A stretch of DNA of 41,784 bases from Candidatus Woesearchaeota archaeon (GTDB lineage: Archaea; Nanobdellota; Nanobdellia; Woesearchaeales; GW2011-AR9), in assembly GCA_013331555.1 (NCBI GenBank), contig DUGB01000134.1:244-42027 (forward strand), read 5' to 3'. Positions 36,604 to 41,784 of the stretch are shown here, piece by piece. The notes beneath the pieces were generated by a model. The model did not search any database. It saw only the letters and a list, made by a program, of their open reading frames with translations, and was not told the DNA's origin. How positions within the stretch are numbered: position 1 is the stretch's first letter; each line of letters opens with the position of its first letter. A program made the position numbers and the translations under genes.

Positions 36604-38739
36604 TCAGTTCACCGTTCTTCCATACGCATCACGTTGGGTAAGAGGTAAACGATCTTCTCTGGGCTGTCGGCCAGGAGTGATTCGTTGTTCTTCTCTCTGG
36701 TAGGGATTAGGTGCATCGGGTTGAATTTCTGAATCTGGTGGAGACATCTGCCGGCGCAAAGCTTGACTAAACTGTTCACGAGAGAGAGGAGTATACCCAG
36801 TCACACCATCAAATACTTTTTTCGGCTGAGGAACTATATTTCTTCCATCGGGAGAGAGGACACCATAATTCCCATTGCCAATGTCAACAACTGGCCCGCC
36901 CTGATTAACATAATTTTGCAGATTGTCACGAAGTTCATCTGCAAGAGCAGCACGTTCTTGTTCAAGTGCTTGTGGTGTCTCGCGGGCAGGCATTTTGATG
37001 CCTAACAATTTTTCTAATTCCGAAGAAGTACGTTTTCGTGGAATGTACGATGAATCTTTCACAAAGAGGCCACTACTTTCAAGATCATCACTCGTAAGCA
37101 ATCCCGTTGAACCTTGTTGAGCAAGTGTTTTAGCCCAAAGTCCGATGGCTTCTTCATAGAGAAAAGTGCGCTTTGCTCTGTAACCTTGAGGGGCATGGAC
37201 TAAGGCCATCTCGGTGAAGTCTTTAGCAGTCAGTCGGGATAAGATCATTTGTTGATGGGTTTTCTGAATGTGTTTCTGAACATGACGGACGACTGAAGAA
37301 CCCCAATCGTAGGGAATCATCCCATCGTTCACACGAAGTAAACGGCGAAGGTCACTTGAATCAATGTCATAGGCAAAACCAAGAACGGCATTTTGATAAA
37401 ATTGACGTTCTTCATCATTGCGAGCTAAGCGATCAATATCAACACGAACAGCAACGGCGGCTTTCTTCACGAGCAATTGCTGAGCTTTAGTAATTTTTTC
37501 ATCTAATGATGTTTGTTCATGCTGTAATGAATCAAAAATAAGTTTCAAATCTTCGCCGCGCTGTTCGACATATTCATTAACAAGCGCGAAATTCTGACGG
37601 ACACGTTGATCTTTTTCTTGAGCAGAGCGAAGAGCAGCATAATTAAATGACATGCCTCTCTTAACTAATGACTGAGTAGGATCGAGATCACGAACATCGC
37701 TAAAAGAAGGTTTGAAGTGATCAAGAATAACCTCGCCGACTTTTTGAGAGGTTACTTTTTTGGCATTATAATCAGGAGTGTGGATAGCATGAAGCATAAC
37801 TGTTTGAGTTCCATCGTAGTGATCAAGAATATGATATTCCTGAACGTGTTGAATATCTCCGGTGTCAGTATCAGCATCCACCGTACAGAAACCTGCACGG
37901 AAACCTTTGTTGTGATGACGAGCGCCAACACCAGGACTTACTTCTAAAACACCATATTGGTTGAAAACCATTCTAAACCGATCGTGTTTGTGACCAGAAA
38001 AAATTGCTTTCGGTAATGGTTGACCTTGGACATATAACTGTTTAAGAGTCCGTTCTGCCCAACGAGTACCGAGATCTATGTGATCATCAACATCTGTTCG
38101 GGGAGTCCAAGGAACGTGTGAAATAATCCATTGTGGTTGTTTAGCAAGAACTTCACCCCACTTGGAATGATGATATTGTTCGGTCTCCGGATGATCTGCA
38201 CCGGCATCGTTTTCTGCTCCGAGTTTTAAAGGTAGTCGAAGTCCTGGCCGTGAACCTCCGCCACCCGTAACGCCCATGGTGATGCCGTCAAGAGTTCGAA
38301 CTCCATTGAGCATATAACCTTGACCAAGCGCTTTTTCTAATGAACTTGTACGATCCCAGTTGCCCGCAGTAACAACACCAAGGTTCATACTAGAATTGTT
38401 GACAAGGTTAGCAAGATATTCATATTGACCGCGTGATACTTTTTCTGCGGTTCTAATTGCATTGTCATGAGCCTTTGCAATACTCTTAATTTGCTCATCG
38501 GAATAACGACCCTGAAGAGCATCAGCGTGAACTGGACTTTGAGATTCTAAAAGATGCTGAAGAGCAAGTTCTGCGCGAACATTAGCATCTTCTGTCAATG
38601 GAGACAGAGAATGATAGGAAATATCACCTAAATGATTGAAGTGTTTTGCACCGGCTCGGACGCCAGCATTGACAATAGCTTCGAGATGTTCAGATCCGTG
38701 CGTATCTGTTGCAAAGAGATATCGTTGTATGCCACCCAT
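36604..38739 (-). CDS. Calcineurin-like metallophosphoesterase with long helical C-terminal extension
   Basis: ATDTHG, HLGD, AGNWD, ISH.P, SGHKH. Confidence 0.8.
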   Translation of the reverse strand: MGGIQRYLFATDTHGSEHLEAIVNAGVRAGAKHFNHLGDISYHSLSPLTEDANVRAELALQHLLESQSPVHADALQGRYSDEQIKSIAKAHDNAIRTAEKVSRGQYEYLANLVNNSSMNLGVVTAGNWDRTSSLEKALGQGYMLNGVRTLDGITMGVTGGGGSRPGLRLPLKLGAENDAGADHPETEQYHHSKWGEVLAKQPQWIISHVPWTPRTDVDDHIDLGTRWAERTLKQLYVQGQPLPKAIFSGHKHDRFRMVFNQYGVLEVSPGVGARHHNKGFRAGFCTVDADTDTGDIQHVQEYHILDHYDGTQTVMLHAIHTPDYNAKKVTSQKVGEVILDHFKPSFSDVRDLDPTQSLVKRGMSFNYAALRSAQEKDQRVRQNFALVNEYVEQRGEDLKLIFDSLQHEQTSLDEKITKAQQLLVKKAAVAVRVDIDRLARNDEERQFYQNAVLGFAYDIDSSDLRRLLRVNDGMIPYDWGSSVVRHVQKHIQKTHQQMILSRLTAKDFTEMALVHAPQGYRAKRTFLYEEAIGLWAKTLAQQGSTGLLTSDDLESSGLFVKDSSYIPRKRTSSELEKLLGIKMPARETPQALEQERAALADELRDNLQNYVNQGGPVVDIGNGNYGVLSPDGRNIVPQPKKVFDGVTGYTPLSREQFSQALRRQMSPPDSEIQPDAPNPYQREEQRITPGRQPREDRLPLTQRDAYGRTVN

Positions 38740-38802
38740 TTTATGGGTGTAGAAGAGGGTTTTGTTTATAAATGTTTTGATGTATTTACTACTTATTAGT
38801 GT

Positions 38803-39147
38803 TTAAAATAACGAAAACAATTTTTCTTTCATTTGGGCAAGAAAAGTGACCTGGACTTGACCGATTTTCTTGAGAAGAAGTTTTTTATTGATTTTAAAAA
38901 TAGTGTCAACTTTGACAACACAAAGATCGTGAAGTTCGCCAGAAAGAAGAGTTTCTGGAGAGATCAAGAGAGTATATTTTTCTTTGGTGAGATTTGAGGT
39001 GATAGCACAGACGATGACGTCATCTGAGGAAGAGTTAAAATTATTGTGCGAGACAACAAGAACAGGTCTTACTTTCTGACCGCTTAAGTCTGAGAAAGGA
39101 AAAGGAACAAGCCAAATCTCACTTTGGTTTACAGATATTTTTTCCAT
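38803..39147 (-). CDS. mazF: PemK/MazF family toxin
   Basis: EIWLVPFPFSD....KVRPVLVVS...FN......VCAITS. Confidence 0.9.
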   Translation of the reverse strand: MEKISVNQSEIWLVPFPFSDLSGQKVRPVLVVSHNNFNSSSDDVIVCAITSNLTKEKYTLLISPETLLSGELHDLCVVKVDTIFKINKKLLLKKIGQVQVTFLAQMKEKLFSLF

Positions 39148-39401
39148 ACCTTATCATCCTGAGAATTAGACCACACATTCAAGAGGTTTTTTTCGGCAAG
39201 AACTTGCCAGCCTTCTTGTTCTGAATCTTTCTTCTTATGATCTTTGAGTCCTTCTAAGAAGTCATTCTCTCGTTCTACAATAAGCTTATTTTCTTTCTCA
39301 ATGACAACTAAAGTTGAACCTTCAACGATCTGCAAGTGTTTACGGATATTTTCAGGAATGACAATCTGACCTCGCGATGATACTTTAACAGTTCCAATCA
39401 T
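39129..39401 (-). CDS. AbrB/MazE/SpoVT family antitoxin
   Basis: VKVSSRGQIVIP..IRK.L.I.EG; overlaps the toxin start; W...QDDKVW tail. Confidence 0.88.
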   Translation of the reverse strand: MIGTVKVSSRGQIVIPENIRKHLQIVEGSTLVVIEKENKLIVERENDFLEGLKDHKKKDSEQEGWQVLAEKNLLNVWSNSQDDKVWKKYL

Positions 39402-39557
39402 AATATGAATAGTAAGAACATACTTATTTATAAGATTTGTGGAGAATTATGGATTATTGTACTGACTCAAACGCCCCACCTCTAACCATAAGATATATAA
39501 TATATAAACACTCTATTGTGGGGTTACAAACGGATTGTCTCAGGAGGAAAGATTCAC

Positions 39558-41477
39558 ATGATAAAGAAAAATGCATCCAAATCATTTAAGCCTAAAAATA
39601 TCAAAGCGGTTGGCCAGCCGGAACAAGCTGGAACGAGCGTTGAAAATGTTCTTCCCCCTTCTTCTATGCCTAAACTTCCTCCGGAAATGGAAAAGAAACT
39701 CCAAGCGTTGAAGGAGAAGCTTGATGTTTTCAAGAAACAATTATTAGAAAAGTTTGGTGATTATATCGTTGGAATCACACTTCTTCCTCCAGAAAAACCG
39801 TTGCCAAAACCAGGAGAAGATCCTGCGAAGGTGATGACTCCTCCACCTCTCGATGAGAAGAATCAGAAACTCGACATTTTAGTTGTTGTTGATGACACGA
39901 CATCGAAAAAGATGACCAAAGATGAGTTGTACAATAAGTTCTCCGGTATTGTCAAAAAAACAGCTGAAGAAGTTGACAAAAATATTAACGCCCAAAGTAT
40001 GTTATTGACAGATCTATGGTTGAATTGTTATGATGCCAAATATGATGTGAATCGTTTGATTTCGATGGGAGCGCCGATTTATGACACCGGAATGCTTGCC
40101 GCCATTAAAATTGCAGAAATTCACAAAAGCATGGTTATTAAGAAATTTGAGAAGTATATTCTCAGTTATGTTCTGGCGGGCTCATTGACACAAGGGCGCG
40201 CAACACCGACGTCGGACATTGACGTCTGGATCGTGATTGATGATACCGATGTCAAAAAAATGACCAGAGTAGAATTAAAAGACAAATTACGTGCGATCAT
40301 TATTGGAATGGGAATCGAAGCCGGAGAAATGACCGGGATCAAGAATAAATTGAATATCCAAGTTTATATCTTAACCGATTTCTGGGATTCATTAAAAGAA
40401 GCGAATCCAATCATCTTTACATTATTGCGTGACGGTGTCCCATTCTATGACCGCGGGATTTTCATGCCGTGGAAACAATTGTTACGCATGGGTCGAATTA
40501 AGCCTAGTCGAGAAGCAATTGACTTATTTATGAGCAGCGGCGAGCAAAGTATTAGCCGAGTCAAGTTAAGACTCAAAGATATGGGAATGGAAGATACATA
40601 TTATGCAATCTTAACTCCATCTCAGGCAGCAATTATGCTGTATGGATTACCTCCTCCAACACCGCGTGAAACACCCGAAGTAATGGAAGATATTTTTGTC
40701 AAGAAAGAAAAGATGCTCGAACCAGAATATGTAAAGATTTTGAAAAATAATGTGGAAATCCGTAAGAAAATTGAACACGGCGATAAAAAAGAACTAACGG
40801 GAAAAGAATTAGACGATTTAGTTTCCGATGCAGAGAAGTTTCTGAAACGAATCAGAGAACTGTTTACAGAAATAGAAGCGCTTCACGATAAGAAAAGTGT
40901 AGTATTATTGTACGATGAAGTCATGACCCTTGTTCGTGATATTTTGAAAAGCGAAAAAGTAGAGAAAGTTCGTGATGAAGATATCGTGAAAGTCTTTGAA
41001 GAGCAGATGATTACAACAGGTAAGATTCCTTCACGTTATTTACGCGATGTGCAGGAGATTGTGGACATCAAACAGAAGCATGATGAACATAAGCTCAACA
41101 AAAATGATATTGAACTTGTCCGCAAAAATACCGGAGGATTAATTCGGTTTTTAGTCGAGCAGATTCAACGCAAACGTGGAAGAGAACTGGAACGAGCGAA
41201 AGTACGGGTGAAGTATGGCGACAAATATGGAGAAGTCGTTTTACTTGAAAAAATGGCGTTTGTCATCCACGATATTGATGCAAAAGAACTGCGTGTAGAG
41301 AGAGCAGAAATACAAGCAGATGGAGGCTTAGGACCGCTGGTTGGAAGTTCCATGAAAGAATTGGAAGAAGCGCTTGTGAATCAAAAGTTTCCTGCCCGCG
41401 TGTTTATCAAAGATCCGATCTTCGAGGATTTGAAAACGATCTTTGGACGACATGTTGAAGTACTTCTTAGTTACTAA
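39558..41477 (+). CDS. Nucleotidyltransferase-domain protein (degenerate NTase + intact NTase + HEPN-like)
   Basis: AGGAGG SD before ATG 39558; VLAGSLTQGRATPTSDIDV (GS-x10-DxD); helical region with RKKIEH. Confidence 0.78.
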   Translation: MIKKNASKSFKPKNIKAVGQPEQAGTSVENVLPPSSMPKLPPEMEKKLQALKEKLDVFKKQLLEKFGDYIVGITLLPPEKPLPKPGEDPAKVMTPPPLDEKNQKLDILVVVDDTTSKKMTKDELYNKFSGIVKKTAEEVDKNINAQSMLLTDLWLNCYDAKYDVNRLISMGAPIYDTGMLAAIKIAEIHKSMVIKKFEKYILSYVLAGSLTQGRATPTSDIDVWIVIDDTDVKKMTRVELKDKLRAIIIGMGIEAGEMTGIKNKLNIQVYILTDFWDSLKEANPIIFTLLRDGVPFYDRGIFMPWKQLLRMGRIKPSREAIDLFMSSGEQSISRVKLRLKDMGMEDTYYAILTPSQAAIMLYGLPPPTPRETPEVMEDIFVKKEKMLEPEYVKILKNNVEIRKKIEHGDKKELTGKELDDLVSDAEKFLKRIRELFTEIEALHDKKSVVLLYDEVMTLVRDILKSEKVEKVRDEDIVKVFEEQMITTGKIPSRYLRDVQEIVDIKQKHDEHKLNKNDIELVRKNTGGLIRFLVEQIQRKRGRELERAKVRVKYGDKYGEVVLLEKMAFVIHDIDAKELRVERAEIQADGGLGPLVGSSMKELEEALVNQKFPARVFIKDPIFEDLKTIFGRHVEVLLSY

Positions 41478-41529
41478 TTGGTAGTAAATTTAGAAAAGTT
41501 TATATAGTTTTATTTTTTCTATTTTAGTT

Positions 41530-41784
41530 ATGTCAATTACTCTCTATGAAGGAAAATGTGATTATTGCAATGGAAGAGTTTCACCTAGAAACAATGCAGT
41601 ATACTTTAATGGACTGTTAACTGCTCTCCAAGATGGAAGATATCCAAATGAATTCATAGCCAAGGGAGCACTGCTTGATCATCTTGGATATCATGGATTA
41701 TATAGACACCTAATGCCAACAGCAGATTGTCATGGGAGTCGATCAAGACAAAGTGTCTTACAACCCAAGTTTGACAGTTTGCCA
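41530..41784 (+). CDS. Hypothetical protein, truncated by window end
   Basis: Open frame MSITLYEGKCDYCNG...RHL....CHGS to the window edge; TTTATATA upstream. Confidence 0.6.
   Translation, partial: MSITLYEGKCDYCNGRVSPRNNAVYFNGLLTALQDGRYPNEFIAKGALLDHLGYHGLYRHLMPTADCHGSRSRQSVLQPKFDSLP

Noticed and set aside
1..41784. CRISPR array, rRNA, DGR or prophage
   Set aside because: No regularly spaced direct repeats, rRNA-like tract, reverse transcriptase or virion genes seen; a lone Bro-N gene is not evidence of a provirus.

Overview
The window looks like a DPANN archaeon, most likely Woesearchaeota-like. This is inferred from archaeal TATA boxes about 25 nt upstream of leaderless starts, intron-containing tRNAs without encoded CCA, a histone-fold protein, class III signal-peptide pilins with an A24 peptidase, DUF460, an NMD3-related protein, a tandem Lrp/AsnC regulator and an S16 protease. 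Main contents: (1) a pilin / prepilin-peptidase / Cys-rich adhesin locus. (2) A 9-kb bacterial-type NAD salvage and ADP-ribose island (nrtR, degenerate Nudix, pncB, pncA, SPFH, frameshifted NAD-kinase-like gene, ADP-ribosylglycohydrolase, Gln-dependent nadE, nadM-Nudix). It carries seven GT-N7-AC NrtR-type operators, several placed right beside archaeal TATA boxes. (3) tRNA(CAT) with two introns and tRNA-Ser(GGA) with one, followed by an HNH gene and a SNF2/YqhG-like pair. (4) Housekeeping and hypothetical genes, a family of TATA-flanked palindromes, a MazEF-like pair and a nucleotidyltransferase-HEPN-like fusion. The most unusual signal is at 33.6-35.4 kb. Two unrelated tandem genes are each bracketed by the same inverted repeat: CTTGGCGGAAG inside an SD-occluding 5' hairpin, and CTTCCGCC(C)AAG just after the stop codon, followed by a terminator-like hairpin. 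This suggests an mRNA end-to-end pairing switch or a gene-cassette architecture. No CRISPR array, rRNA, transposase or integrase was seen. All functional calls come from motif recognition by eye, with no database searches.
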